This document shows positions 11,866 through 25,874 of a stretch of DNA of 64,000 bases, piece by piece. The notes below the pieces were generated by a model that saw nothing but the letters and a program-made list of their open reading frames with translations, ran no database searches and was not told the DNA's origin. Where the stretch lies: NCBI RefSeq assembly GCF_964213995.1, contig NC_135804.1, positions 59,954,001 to 60,018,000 of the forward strand, in the 5' to 3' direction. This DNA comes from Mustelus asterias. Its lineage: Eukaryota. The position numbers were made by a program, and so were the translations under genes. Numbering within the stretch: position 1 is the stretch's first letter; each line of letters opens with the position of its first letter.

Positions 11866-12620
11866 TTAGGATGTCAGATCAGAAATCCCAAGGGATGGTA
11901 TGAAACCAGACTGGACCCCAACATTTTTTTTATTTTTGGTATCAATGTGAGGAAAGGATACTTCGCCTTAGGAGTAATTCCACTAACAAATCAGGGATCT
12001 TTTGTTTATCAAAACACCTTTATTCATATCACAGTTTAAGCAAAAGTCTAACAAAATGACACATATGGGCTCCTAACTGCTGAACATTCTTTAAACATGT
12101 AAAGAAACAACTTTTAACTTCTCACTCATCACCAGTCAGTTCCAATTAAACAATATTTCTCATAGATTTGAACCTCTCTTTAAATATGGTTAGCATAGCC
12201 TGCTCTGACTTGGATAACAGGCTGGGAGCTTTCAGGGAAATCTTTCAGAGACAGGGAGAGAGATAGAGAGTGAGCTGCTTGTAGGCTGCTATCTTTAAAC
12301 AGCCTTCTTCAGCAACTGCTGCTTTTTAAATAAAATCTCTTTTTCTGTTGCAAGCCTAACTCCTCCCATTTCTCACATCACATGATTCTATCCCTATATA
12401 CCTAACTTACCTCATTACTTTAATCAAAACACACCCTATCAAGCCTTCTGCTAAATAAACATTTACATGATTACAATGAGTAATTATCCTGCCTTTCAGC
12501 ATCGGCTACATTCCACCCATACAAAGGGATTCTTTGTCGGAAACCACTGATTCTTAAAGAACACCCCCCTCCCCCCTCCCCCCCCCAAACATAAAAATAT
12601 TAATAGTCCAGTATCATCGC
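11866..12620 (-). mobile_element. Probable solo LTR of a Gmr1-like Gypsy family
   Basis: Starts tgttagga...cagactggacccc, which is shared with ~31375-31430. Its reverse complement resembles the LTR end at ~42905-42930. Reverse poly(A) signal tttatt at ~12019. Confidence 0.5.
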
Positions 12621-13203
12621 GGTGCTTGATGGCTGGCACAGATACGGTTGCTTGAAGGGCCTCTTTCTATGCTGTAAAATTCCATGATTCCGATAGTCAT
12701 CAAACTGGAACAGGTCGGCCGACGGAAATTCAACGAGTTCGCGTTGCCTTACACCATCATTAAATTCCGTGATAAAGGCTCAGTCACTGAAACTTACGTG
12801 TTGCCATTAACTAGTAATGAAATGTCATAATGATGTAACTCAAGTGATCGGCTTCCAAAATAATTCAATTTTAATGGCGCTACAGACATGCTAAAATACA
12901 CAAATAGCTGTAATTCTTATCCTTTTAAGGCTTGTTAATCTTCAAGTTGCCTGTCAAACCAAAGGACGTACATTTGCTGTTCATTATTTCCAAATTTTAA
13001 AGACTTCCATCTGGGTTATTGTGCCTTTTTCGCAACAAACTGCATTAACTTCTAAAGAGAATTTCTCAGAACATGGGTACTGTTTCCAAGGATCTGTCAT
13101 TTCTCTCTACAAATACAATTCTTTTGAAGGACGTTGTGGGAGGCTCGGGAGGTCCCCGAGCAGAGATATTTAAATCATTGACAGGTACAGGCGATGTGCC
13201 TAA

Positions 13204-13497
13204 ATCATAGAAACATAGACATCCTACAGTCCAGAAGGAGGCCATTCGGCCTATAGAGTCTGTACCGACCACAATCCCACCCAGGCCTCATTCCCATAAC
13301 CTTCTTTTGCTAATCACCCTGATGGTAGGGTCAATTTTGCGTGACCAATCAAGCCAACCCGCACATTTTTGGACAGTGGGAGGAAACCGGAGCACCCGGA
13401 GGAAACCACGCAGACACGGGGAGAAAGTGAAAACTCCTCACAGACAGTAGCCCAAGGCAGGAATTGAACCTGTGCCACTGCGCAACCGTGCCGCCCT
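13204..13497 (-). mobile_element. HE1/V-SINE-type tRNA-derived SINE
   Basis: Reverse complement of the gggcggcacgg head, the gggtttcctccgggtgctccggtttcctcccac core and the CR1-like tail. Confidence 0.85.
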
Positions 13498-13499
13498 TA

Positions 13500-15055
13500 A
13501 GATTGAAGAATGGCAAATGTTGTGCCTTTGTTTAAGAATGGCTGCACGGAAAAGCCTGGGAACTACAGACGGTGAACTTAACTTCTGTAGTGAGTAAGTT
13601 TTTAGAAGGTATTCTGAGAGACAGGATCTACAGGCATTTAGAGAGGCAAGGATTGATTAGGGACAGTCAGCATGGCTTTGCGAGTGGAAAATCATGTCTC
13701 ACGAATTTCGTTGAGTTTTTTTGAAGAGGTAATCAAGAACGTAGATGAGGGCAGCGCAGTCCACGTTTTCTACATGAACTTTAGCAAGCCTTTGACTAGG
13801 TACCACATGGTAGGTTGTTGCACGAGGTTAAATCTCACGGGATCCAGAATGAGATAATCAATTGGAAACAAGATTAGCTTGACGACAGAAGACAGAAGGT
13901 GGTTGCAGAGGGTTTTGTTTTCCAAACTGGAGGCCTGCAATCAGCGGTGTGCCTCAGGGATCTGTGCTGGGTCCACTGTTATTTACCATTTTTATTAATG
14001 ATTTGGATGAGAATTTATGGGGTCTGCTCAGTAAGTTTGCAGATGACACCAAGATTGGTGGCATAGTGGACAGTGCAGAAGGTGAGCAGGGTGGTGAAGA
14101 AGGCATTCGGCATGCTTGGTTTCATTGGTCAAAACATTGAATACAGAAGTTAGGATGTCTTGTTGAAGTTGCACAAGACATTGGTAAGGCCACACTTGCA
14201 ATACTCTGTACAGTTCTGGTCACCCTATTATAGAAAGGATATTATTAAACGAGAAAGAATGCAGGAAAGATTTATTAGGATGCTACCGGGACTTAATGGT
14301 TTGAGTTTTAAGGAGAGGCTGGATAGACTGATACTTTTTTCCCTGGAACGTAGGAGGCGTAGGGGTGATATTATAAAGGTATATGAAATAATGATGAGCA
14401 TAGATAAAATAGATAGTCAACATACTTTCTCGAATGTAGGGTAGACTAAAACTAGAGGGCATAGGTTTAAGGTGAGAGGGGAAAGATACAAAAGGGTTCC
14501 AAACGGGCACTTTTTTCACACAGAGGGTGACGAGTGTCTGGAACGAGCTGCCACATTCAGTAGAGGCGGGTACAATTTTGACTTTTCAAAAGCATTCAGG
14601 CAGTTTCATATCTAATATGGACATAGAGGGATATGGGCCAAATGCAGGCAATTGGGAGTAGCTGAGTTGTAACAACTGGATGGCGTGGACAAACTGGGCT
14701 GACGTGGCTCTGTCCATGCTGTAAACCTTTATGACTCTATTCCCCTATGACATGATCTCAAAGTAAGGGTCTCCCATTTGTAACAGAGATGAGGAGGAAT
14801 TACTTCTCTCAGAGGGTAGTGAATCTGTGGAATTGTTTACCACAGAGGGCTTTAGAGGTTGGACTGTCGAGTATGTTCTAGGCTGAGATAGCCAGATTAT
14901 TAATCAGTAAAGAATTCTAAGATTACAGGGATAAAACAGGAAGCTGGATTTGCAGATTATCATTTCGGATCAGTCATGGACTCATTCAAGGGTGGAGCAG
15001 ACTGGATGGGGGGCCAAATGGCCTTCTTCTGCTCCTATGTCTTATGGCCTTTTCA
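13500..15055 (+). mobile_element. CR1 LINE ORF2 3' portion (internally deleted) plus a second CR1 3' end
   Basis: [48 protein letters not shown] and CR1-type 3' tails. Confidence 0.88.
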
Positions 15056-15569
15056 TTTGATTTAACTTATTATTGTCACGTGTATTGCGATGCAGTGAAA
15101 AGTATTGTTTCTTGAGCTACACGGTCAAAAATATATCGTTCATAGAGTACATAGGGAAGACGGAATGGGGAGGGTGCAGAATATAGTGTTGCAGTTACAG
15201 ATCGGGTAAAAGATCAACTTGAGATCAGTTTGACGTCAGCAGGGAAGACATTGTTCTTGATTCGGTTGATAGGTCATCTCAGGCTTTTGTATCTATCTCC
15301 CGACTGAAGATGGTGAAAGAAGATATGACCGTGGAGCCCGGGGTCTTGAAAAAAGGTAGCTGCTTTTCCTGGGCAACGGGAAGTGTCGACGGAGTCAGTG
15401 GAGGTTGGTTTGTGTGATGGACTGGGCTACGTTCACAACCTTTTGAAATTTTGTGCGGCCTTGATCAGAACATGAGCCATATCAAGCTGTGATACATCGG
15501 AAAGGATGATTTCTATGATGCATTTGTAAAAATGAGTGAGAGTCGTAGCAGACAAAGTTCCAAGTTTTG

Positions 15570-18545
15570 AGCCAGCAACAGTGAGGAAACGGTGATATAT
15601 TTCCAAGTTAAGATGGTATGAAACTGAGGGGGAACCTGTAGATTACTATTGCGTTACCAAACATCTGCAGCCCTTGTTCGTCTTGGTTACAATGGTCACA
15701 GGATTGGAAGGTCCTGTTGAGGGAGCATTGGTGAGTTGTTGCAGAGCGTTTTATACATGGATGCCACTGTACATACGTGTTGGAGGGAGTGAATGTTGAA
15801 GGTGGCGGATGGGCCTCCAGTCAAATAGGCTGCTTTTCCCTGGATGATGTTGAGCTCCTGAAATGTTGTTGCAGCTCCATTTATGCATGCAACTGGAAAG
15901 CACTCAATCACACTCCCGGCTTGACTTGTAGACGATGGATAGGCATTGGGGAGTCATGAGTTGAGTTATTCGTCACCCAGTTCCCAGCCTCTTACTTGCT
16001 CTGGTAATCACAGTATTTATTTGGTTGGTCCAATTCTGTTTCCAGTCAATGGTAACACCCAGGATGCTGATAGTGGGGAATTCAATGAGGACAATTTAAT
16101 TGGAGATTGTTGGATTCTCTCTTGTTGGATTTGGTCATTGCTAGCATGTGTGGTGTGAATATAACTTGCTACTTATCAGTTCAAGCCTGAATGTTTTTCA
16201 GGACTTGCTGCATTAGGACATGGACTGCATCAGTATCTGAGATTTCACAAATGGTACTGAACATTGTGTAATCATCAGCAAACATTTGAACTTCCAACAA
16301 TATGATTTAAGGAAGGTCATTGATGAAGCAGCTGAAGATAGTTAGGCCTCGGACACTACCCTCAGGAACTGGTGTCGCGACTTTGGGACTGAGGTGATTG
16401 GCCTCCAACAACCACAGCAACCTTTCTTTGTACTGATATTTACTCTAACCAGTGGAGAACTTTTCCCTTGATTTCTATTGACCCCAATTTTGCTCAGGCT
16501 CCTTGGTGCCAAGTTTGGTCAAATGCTGCCTTGATGCCAACTGCAATCATACTCACCTCACCTCTGGAGTTCAGCTCTTTCGTCCATGTTTGGAACAAGA
16601 TTCTAATGAGGTCAGGAACTGAATGGCCCTGGCGGAACCCAAAGTTTCAATGAGCAGGCTATTTCTGAGTAAGTGCCAGTTCATAGCACGGTTGACATCA
16701 TTCTGCTCGTAACTGATAGTAGAGTGGTGGGGCAGAAATTGGCCGAGTTGGATATGTCCTGCTTTCTGTTTACAGGACATATCTGGGTAACTTCGCACAT
16801 TGTTTGGTTGATGCCAGTGTTGTAGCCGTACTGGAACAACTTGGCTAGGGGCATATTAAGTTCTGGAGCACGACATCAGACCTATTGTCAGAATATTGTA
16901 AAGGCTCATAGCCTTTGCTGCATCCATTGCTTTTAGCTATTTCTTGAATTCACTTGGAGTGAATTGAATTGGCTGAAGATTGGAATCTCTGATGCTGGGG
17001 ACTTCAGGAGGAGGCTAACATGGATTCAACACTTCTGGCTGAAGATGATTGCAAATGTTTCTGCCCTGCTTTTTGCGCTGATGTGCTGGACCCCTCCGTC
17101 ATTGAAGATTTCTTATCCGTCTTCTCCAAATAGTACAAAGAACAAAGAATAATACAGACAAGGAACAGGCCCTTCGGCCCTCCAAGCCCGTGCCGCTCCC
17201 TGGTCCAAACTAGACCATTCTTTTGTATCCCTCCATTCCCACTCCGTTCATAGCGGAGAGAGCGGGTAAATGGAGTTGAAATCAACCATGATTGAATGGT
17301 GGAGTGGACTCGATGGGCCGAATGGCCTTACTTCCGCTCCTATGTCTTATGGTCTTATGGTCTTATATGGCTATCTAGATAAGTCTTAAATGTTCCCAGT
17401 GTGTCCGCCTCCACCACCTTGCCTGGCAGCGCATTCCAGGCCCCCACCACCCTCTTTCATAATTTTATACACCTCTATTAAGTCTCCCCTCATCCTCCGT
17501 CTTTCCAGGGAGAACAACCCCAGTTTACCCAATCTCTCCTCATAACTAAGCCCCTCCATACCAGGCAACATCCTGGTAAACCTCCTCTGTACTCTCTCCA
17601 AAGCCTCTACGTCCTTCTGGTAGTGTGGCGACCAGAACTGGACGCAGTATTCCAAATGCGGCCGAACCAACATTCTATACATCTGCAACATCAGACCCCA
17701 ACTTTTATACTCTATGCCCCGTCCTATAAAGACAAGCATGCCATATGCCTTCTTCACCACCTTCTCCACCTGTGATGTCACCTTCAAGGATCTGTGGACT
17801 TGCACACCCAGGTCCCTCTGCGCATCTACACCCTTTATGGTTCTGCCATTTATCGTATAGCTCCTCCCTACATTATTTCTACCAAAATGCATCACTTCGT
17901 ATTTATCAGGGTTGAACTCCATCTGCCATTTCTTTGCCCAAATTTCCAGCCTATCTATATCCTTCTGTAGCTTCTGACAATGCTCCTCACTATCTGCAAA
18001 TCATGCCAATTTTGTGTCGTCCGCAAACTTACTGATCACCCCAGTTACACCTTCTTCCAGATCGTTTATATAAATCACAAACAGCAGAGGTCCCAATACA
18101 GAACCCTGCGGAACACCACTAGTCACAGGCCTCCAGCCGGAAAAAGACCCTTCCACTACCACCCTCTGTCTTCTGTGACCAAGCCAGTAGTTTATTAGTC
18201 CACTATCTTTCATGGCTGGATGTAGAACTGCAGAGCTCAGATCTGATCCATTGATTGTGGGATTGTCTAATAGCTCTGTCTATTGCACGTCGTTTGGCAT
18301 GCAAGTAGGCCTCTGTTGTAGCTTCACCAGGTTGGCACCTGAATTCAGGTATATCTGGTGTTGCTCCTGGCATGCCCTCCTGCATTCTACATTAAAGCAC
18401 GGTTGATCCCCTGGCTTCATGGTAATGATAGAATGGGGGTCCGCTGGACCATGAGATTACAAATTGTGTTTTTATACAATTCTGTTGTTGCTAATAGCCC
18501 ACAGTGGGGGCTATATGGATGGCCAATCTTAAGTTGGTAGATCTG
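15570..18545 (-). mobile_element. Old CR1/L2-clade LINE on the minus strand, interrupted by a younger CR1
   Basis: Degraded RT-like fragments (e.g. NIIQGKAAYL..NIHSLQH, QQHQIYLNSGA region). Split at ~17105 and ~18195. Confidence 0.6.
17135..18190 (-). mobile_element. CR1 LINE 3' part, with a + strand CR1 tail nested at ~17252-17365
   Basis: ORFs 18001-18213 and 17386-17922: [48 protein letters not shown]. Confidence 0.92.
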
Positions 18546-19711
18546 TTCGATTTTCTTTTAATGTATATACATTCGTGGGATATGGGTATCCCTGGATGGC
18601 TCTCACTTGTTGCCCATCCCGAGTCACCCTTGAACCTAATGGCTTGCTAGGCCATTTCACAGGACAGTTGTAAGTCAACAACATTGATGTTGGTCTGGAG
18701 TCACATGTAGGCCAGACCAGGTAAGGACTGCACGTTTCCATCCCTAAGGACATTAGTGAACCATATGAAATATATCGCAAAGAGTAAGAATGAGTGTGAG
18801 AAATGCGACCAAGTTGGCAAAGTGTGATGAACCTCTCAGTGAGTTTTGAATGAAAAAAGCTCAAAATATTTGCTTATTTTTTGAAGCACAGACACGCCAC
18901 AAAGCAAATATAATTTTTTTTCCAATGGTCCCAGAGGGCTACCAAATCTAGCTGGACAGTGCCGCCCACTCCCAAAGTCTCTCACCTCATGACAGTTTTT
19001 AGGAGAAAGTGTGAGCCAAAATGTTATCAGGTTACACTGCACATCTGTCCCTACCCAGAAAAGTGGGTGCTCCATATCCAACCAGTTCTGGGATTTTGCT
19101 GTTGGATATATATATATAGAGCAGAACTTCTGGCAGAGCCTCGCAAGGCCAATGAGATTGGTGGGGAGGTGAGGTTGGTCGTAAGAGGCAACACTGAGCG
19201 TCAGTGATCAGTAAGGACCTTCCCAATTACTGGAGACGGGCACTCAGAGAAATGAGGCAGAGGTGGACACCACCCGAGAGGAACGTTATAGAGAAGGTAC
19301 CTGAGGGGTAGGGGTGTCTTGCACATCCAAAGAGCAAGTTAAATTTTGACTTAAAAAAACAATTCCTGGGGTTCTGGAAACTCGCTATCACACATGACCC
19401 TCAGCTGAAACTGCATCGACCATGGTAAAATAGAATACACATCTGCAGACGACTGAACGCCCTCAAACCACATGTGCCAGTGAGCTCTGAGGTCAGTGCT
19501 GTAGAATGACAGCAAAGGAATAACAGAACATTGTCACCCATCCAACGCACTGATCGCAGTGTGACACTGTCCACCAGTTCCAAGCAACTGAAAATTTCCC
19601 AATTGTTTCAAAGAAACGTTTAGAAATTCTAAGGCTAAATGATTAACATTTGTGAAGACTCTCCAACCAATATCCGAGCCATTTACTTCAAATGCTGGAG
19701 GACAAGGAATA

Positions 19712-20010
19712 ATGTGGAGATGCCGGCGTTGGACTGGGGTAAACACAGTAAGAAGTTTAACAACACCAGGTTAAAGTCCAACAGGTTTATTTGGTAGCAA
19801 AAGCCACACAAGCTTTCGAGGCTCTAAGCCCCTTCTTCAGGTGAGTGGGAATTCTGTTCACAAACAGAACTTATAAAGACACAGACTCAATTTACATGAA
19901 TAATGGTTGGAATGCGAATACTTACAACTAATCCAGTCTTTAAGAAACAAAACAATGGGAGTGGAGAGAGCATCAAGACAGGCTAAAAAGATGTGTATTG
20001 TCTCCAGACA
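19712..20010 (-). mobile_element. Penelope-like terminal repeat with hammerhead motif
   Basis: The minus strand reads CTGAAGA-A-GGGGC-TTAGA-GCCTC-GAAA-GCTT, and has the same aataaacctgttggactttaacctggtgttg tail as the other copies. Confidence 0.8.
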
Positions 20011-20310
20011 TGGGAGGTTTTCAGGAGAGGATGGCACCTGTACAAGAGGGAGGGGTCACAACTAAGTTGGAAGGGCACAAATATCCTGGCTGGGAGCTTT
20101 GCTAATGCAGTTCGGGGGGGTTTAAACTAGTATGGCAGGGGGGTGGGGATCAAACTATTAGGTCTATAAGTGTGGTGGCTGGGGACGAGCTTGGGGCTGG
20201 GACAAGGCTGGCAAAGAAGAGGAGCACTCTGGGGGAGGACGACCTCACTGAGCCTGGGGGTCTGGAGTGCTTATACTTCAATGCAAGGAGCGTAGCAGGT
20301 AAAACAGACA
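20010..20310 (+). mobile_element. CR1 ORF1 end / ORF2 start fragment
   Basis: WHLYKREGSQLSWKGTNILAG (esterase-like ORF1 end) and LECLYFNARSVAGKTD (start of the APE endonuclease). Confidence 0.7.
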
Positions 20311-21004
20311 AAATAGTCAGAGACGCAGGCGGGATAATTTCTAAACGTTCTTATTGACAGCACTCCAGTATATGAACCCTGCCGTAGAAATCCCATTGCT
20401 TCCTCATTAATTGGATTAGAAATGAGTACTTGGCACACCATAACATTCAGGCTATGGTCCAAGTGCAGGCGAGTGGGATTAGGTGGGCAGGTCAGGGCAT
20501 TTCATGCGTCGGTGCAGACTCGATGGGCCGAAGGGTCTCTTCTGCGCTGTAGTAATCTGTGATTCTGTGAAAACAGCAGGGTGAAAAACAACATTTCACA
20601 CGTGTGCCTTAGATGACGCACTTCCAATTGGATGACACTCTTGCTCTGCCTGGTCCCAGTCTGTCTCGCTCACTGACTTTACATTGCCCCTTCAGGGCGA
20701 TGTTCGTTATCCCCTTGTTTGAAATAATGCTGCACGATTTACATTCGAAAACAACTGATCTTAACTCCTCAAACATGTCCCCCCCCCCCTCCTCAAACAT
20801 GCCCCCCCCCCCCCCCCCCCCACGCTGCTCCGCCGAAACGAATTCCACGACTCCCGGATTTGTGTTCACAGTCCACCGAGAAAGAGGAAACTGTCGTTTG
20901 GTTCAAAGTTGCTGCATGTAAATGTCAGACAGTCACCGTCCACTCACTGATATCACACATAGCAATGACCGCAGAAAATAATCACTTCACTGGTTGCAAA
21001 GAAC

Positions 21005-22498
21005 TTAGATATGGCGCTCGAATCATCGATCGACAGTTCCGACGCGCCACAGCGAAAAACTGCACCGACCTCCTCAGAAGACAAACATGGGACACAGTGG
21101 ACAGAGTACCCTTCATCGTCCAGTACTTCCCCGGAGCGGAGAATTTACAACATCTCCTCCGGAGCCTTCAACATGTCATTGATGAATGACACCACCAAGG
21201 CCATCCCCACACCCCCACTTCTTGCCTTCAAACAACCGCACAACCCCACACAGACCATTGTCCGTGGCAAAACTACCCAGCCTTCAGGTGAACAGTGACC
21301 ACGGAACCCTGCCACAGCAACCTCTGCAAGATGTGCCGGATCATCGACACTGTTTCCATCATCTCACGCGAGAACACCATCCACCAGGTACACGGTACAT
21401 ACTCTTCCAACTCGGCCAAAGTTGTCGACCTGTTAGGGGCCGTCCTGTGTCTTAGGGGCGGCACGGTAGCACAGTGGTTAGCACTGCTGCTTCACAGCTC
21501 CAGGGACCCAGGTTCGATTCCCGGCTCGGGTCACTGTCTGTGTGGAGTTTGCACATTCTCCTCGTGTCTGCGTGGGTTTCCTCCGGGTGCTCCGGTTTCC
21601 TCCCACAGTCCAAAGATGTGCAGGTTAGGTTGATTGGCCAGGTTAAAAATTGCCCCTTAGAATCCTGAGATGCGTAGGTTAGAGGGATTAGCGGGTAAAT
21701 ATGTGGGGGTAGGGCCTGGGTGGGATTGTGGTTGGTGCAGACTCGATGGGCCGAATGGCCTCCTGTAGAGTTTCTATGTTTCTATGTTATGCTGCAGGAA
21801 AGGATGTCCCGAGGCATGGTACATTGGGGAAACCATGCAGACGCTATGACAATGGATGAATGAACACCGCTCGACAATCACCAGGCTCTTATTGACACAG
21901 AATGCCTACCCGAAGATTAGAGGCTGAATGCCCATGACCGCTGAAGTGCTACACTATCTGTAACCCCCACAACCTGCCTGGATGTGCAAAATCTCACTAG
22001 CTGTCCTAAATCTTGACACAATCTTCGGGTAGGCATTCTCCAAGGCGACCTTCATGACACACAACAGCACAGAGTCGCTGAGCAGAGACTGATAGCCAGG
22101 TTCCGCACACATGAGGACGGCCTCAACCGGGATATTGGGTTCATGTCACACTATCTGTAACCCCCACAACCTGCCTGGATGTGCAAAATCTCACTAGCTG
22201 TCCTGTCTGGAGACAATACACATCTCTTTAACCTGTGCTTAGTTCTCCCTCCACTCACATTGTCTGTAACTTTAAGACTTGATTAGCTGTAAAGTCACAT
22301 TCCAATCATTAGCCATGTGAATGCAGTTTGTGTCTTTGTGCCCTGTTTGTGATCAGAACTCCCACCCACCTGACGAAGGGACATCCTGTTCCGAAAGCTA
22401 GTGGCTTTTGCTACCAAGTAAACCTGTTGGACTTTAACCTGGTGTTGTAAGACTTCTCACTGTGTTTACCCCAGTCCAACGCCGGCATCTCACATCAT
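21005..22498 (+). mobile_element. Penelope-like element 3' part (GIY-YIG region plus terminal repeat with hammerhead), containing a SINE and a local rearrangement
   Basis: DRVPFIVQYFPGAE, PCHSNLCKMC, WYIGETMQTL. Hammerhead CCAC-CTGACGA...GAAA-GCTA-GTGG at ~22366-22404. Duplicated/inverted piece at ~21890-22040. Confidence 0.88.
21455..21787 (+). mobile_element. Full-length HE1/V-SINE-type SINE
   Basis: A box TAGCACAGTGG, B box GGTTCGATTCC, conserved core, (ttctatg)n tail. Confidence 0.9.
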
Positions 22499-22828
22499 TG
22501 CGAAGAACATTACCATATTCCGAGATCATAACAGGTGTTACATAAGTGCTGGTTCTGGCTTTATTTAACTGTGGTGGCTGCAGTGAAAATGCCCTTAATT
22601 CAGAGTTTTTTTAAGATACAAATGTTTCATTTTGCAACCTCAGCCAATAATTTGAGGAAATGTTTACAAGTTTTTTGCTCCTTCCACACTAAGTTACAAT
22701 CAACAAAATAACACAAAACAAAGGCACAGCTTCCATAAGAAGCTCCGTTTACAGTTCAATAATGCTTTAGAAATTGTTTAAATGTCACTTCAAAATAGTC
22801 CGGAGAAAATGTAATGAAGCAAATGGTT

Positions 22829-23100
22829 TTAAGCACGCTCCCCCCGGATCCGTCGTGGCAGCTGGACAGATTATGTTTTTGGACATAATGGTCACTTCTT
22901 TGGCATGGATGGCACACAGGTTGGTATCATCAAACAGGCTAACCAAGTACACCTCACTGGCTTCCTGCAATACTCCAATTGCAGCACTCTAATTCCTCAG
23001 CTCCGTTTTGAAGTCCTCGTCAATTTCCCTCTCCAGACGCTGAAAGGGCAGCAAACAGTTAAGGAACTTCGTGGAGTTCTGGTATCGGCGGATTTCTTGG
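22829..23100 (-). pseudogene. H3F3: 5'-truncated processed histone H3.3 pseudogene
   Basis: [63 protein letters not shown]...RIRGERA*. Has the H3.3-specific AAIG, no intron at LQ|EA, a stop and a frameshift. Confidence 0.9.
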
Positions 23101-23289
23101 CAACTGTCTTTCAAAAGAGCACAGGCTGCTTGCTGTGCAAATGTGTTATTGGACATATTCTGGGGTTCAGCTAAGGTTAACAAAGGCCCTCCCATTCACA
23201 CTATGCCATACATGCCTTTTTCAAACAATATTACTATCAAATTTTGCCGTGTCCTTCTTGTCTCACTTGTCTTGTCTTGCCCCGAAACC

Positions 23290-25270
23290 GGATCTGGGAT
23301 CCGAGGGAGAGAATGGTTGGAATCATGCCCATAAGGAAATGAGTAAAAGGGCTCCCAAGCTTAGGAAGGCGATTGCAATTGCCAGCTGTCTAGATCACCT
23401 CCTTGGTAGAGAAGTGGAGATTATCCAGGTTAAACGGGACAGAGAGACCCAGGTAACCCAACTAAAGCAGGACTTATGAGTGCTACCACATGCATACAAC
23501 AATTGGAAGCGGAGGTAGTCACACAAGAGAAAGGGAACCAGATTAATATGATACACATGAGCCAGTTGTGATAAAGCCTACCGAAAGGCGCAGCGCCCTG
23601 TCAGTGAGAGAGAGACTGCGCTGCAACAGGTGGAGGAAGTTAAACGTAAATGCAGCGACCTGCAGGCTGCGGTAAAAGTTTTGCACCAAGCAGGAAAAGT
23701 AAATACAGCCCCCGCAACAGACCACTCCAAATGCCTGCGCGAGATTGAAGATTTAAAATCACAACCAGCCATAAAAAGGGGTGTAATGTGTGCATACACC
23801 ACTGAAACCGGGAATAATGACCCAGAGGTAGAGTGGGGGGATTTAGAAGAGGATGCCTGCCATTATGCAACAGCTGGTGTCACTGCCGACTGGGCACCCC
23901 CACCTCCCTTCCCCGTAATGGAACCAACGGCACCACCTAATCTGGCCCCCATCCTGGAACACTCAGTCTCAGCCCCTAGTCCTATTCCCATCCCGATAAG
24001 TCGAGTCGCTCATCCGGCTCCAGTACCGATGAATTCGGTCACCACCCAACGACAGGATGGACAGAGCCACAGTGTGACTTATGTAACTCCATACACCATG
24101 ACACAGCTCACTGACATAGCTAAAGCGATTGGAGTATTTGAACCCTCCGGGGATCCACATGCTCTCTTTGACCAGATCACACAATATCGTGTTTTAAACG
24201 GCCGATGGCAGAAGGAGTTAAACTTATTTTGCTATGTTTAAGTCGTGCCATCCGTTCCGCCCTACCCGAACCCCAGAACATGGCAGGGAGAACCCTAACA
24301 GAAATGAAGGCAGCCATTCTGGCCGCCAAAGGCTACAATAGAGATGACCCGGTACAAGGCTTAAACAACTGCCAACAAAAGCAAGGGGAACACCCGGCAG
24401 CCTATGCTGGCCGACTATGGAACCAATTTGTTGTGGTTTTCAGCCAATTAAATCTAGTCCAATTAAACGCACATCACTGGCCCACATGGATCCGGACCCT
24501 GATAGCACACGCCACCGAGGGGAGTCGGAATGCCTGTGAGAATTTTGACCCTGATGATACTACACATACAGAAGCCTGGGCCATCCACAAAATGATTCGC
24601 GTGAGGGAACGCGAAATCAGACAAACAGATACCCCCAAGTCCATGAAGCAATGAATGATGAACCCGATCCATACAGACCCGGCCCCGGTTTGGTGTAACG
24701 AAGGGGGAGGTGGAAACAGGGGACTGGGAAACTCACCCCCATATACGCTTGCCAATCATCGATACAGAAGACTGCAGCCCCATGCAGAATCACGATATAT
24801 TCCCAACCCCAGTTACAGAGAACAAGATAGAACCAACCCCAGATATGCACCCCCACAAGCACAGTGTTATAACTGGGCAACCCAACCATTTTGCCCGGGA
24901 CTGTAGGGCACCACCACAGCAAACCCAGCACACCCATACACTATTGCTGATCGCCAATGCAGGGAACGACGAGGCCGCACAGGATTTTGGCCCAACCCCC
25001 GACACTGAGAACAATACAGAGCTGAGCACAGAGGCCCACGCCCACAAACACAGTGTTATACCTGCAGGCAACCCAACCATTTTGTCTGGGACTGTCGGGC
25101 GCTACCCAACTACCCCACATGACCATCTCAGCGGTTCCCCGATCGATGGACCCCGACCCATGCCCCTCGAAGGACGAGCCCAACAAGCCAACATAACCCC
25201 CACCCAGTATCCCGAGGACCAGCACACGCACCCTCGGTTCCTGCCCCAATTTACAGGGCTTCAGGAATAA
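23290..25270 (+). mobile_element. Endogenous retrovirus gag (degraded): coiled-coil region, PTAP late motif, capsid, two CCHC knuckles
   Basis: EVEIIQVKRDRETQVTQLKQDL...KCSDLQAAVKVL, PPPPFPVMEPTAPP, QKQGEHPAAYAGRLW, CYN(C)GQPNHFARDC and CYTCRQPNHFVWDC. Confidence 0.8.
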
Positions 25271-25874
25271 AACCCCAGCCCAGGGGCCCCCAACAAAAAG
25301 GATGGGGAAACCGCAAACCTTACCCTCTATGGCGCCCCTGGTACCGGGACTCCCAGAACCGTTTGACCCAGTGCTCACTACCAGAGGTGGTAATGCAGTG
25401 GGTACCCAGCAGCCAAAGCCCACCCACATAGCTTCCCTCCACTGAGGAAGAATCAGAACATCACAGTCCAAATTGTAAATAGCTTTATCCGTCCACTCCA
25501 TGCATCACCCAATTGAAAAGGGCTTCTTATCTGCCCACATTATACTGCGCCATAATCTTCTGACACACCACAGTTTGGTTGTGGGATGAAGAATCTATTG
25601 TTATACTGTGCCATAGTCCTCCAACAACAAGGAAACCTGCCATATGCCCAACCTTTTATTTTCACGTTCTGCAAACTCCTTACCCCACTCAACCCCATTA
25701 AACATTGATTGCCGACCAACTCTTCATATGACACTATTGGGCCTCTATTATTCATTTACTTATTTCCTTGTTATTTTTAAAAAGAAGGGAGTCATACGAC
25801 ATTCTTGTCAAGAAAAGGAAAAGAGAATCAGGTATTAATAAGATTTAACAGGTGCTACCTTGATCTCCCCCAGA

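Noticed and set aside
21455-21530. tRNA gene
   Set aside because: The A and B boxes belong to a SINE head repeated many times in the window.
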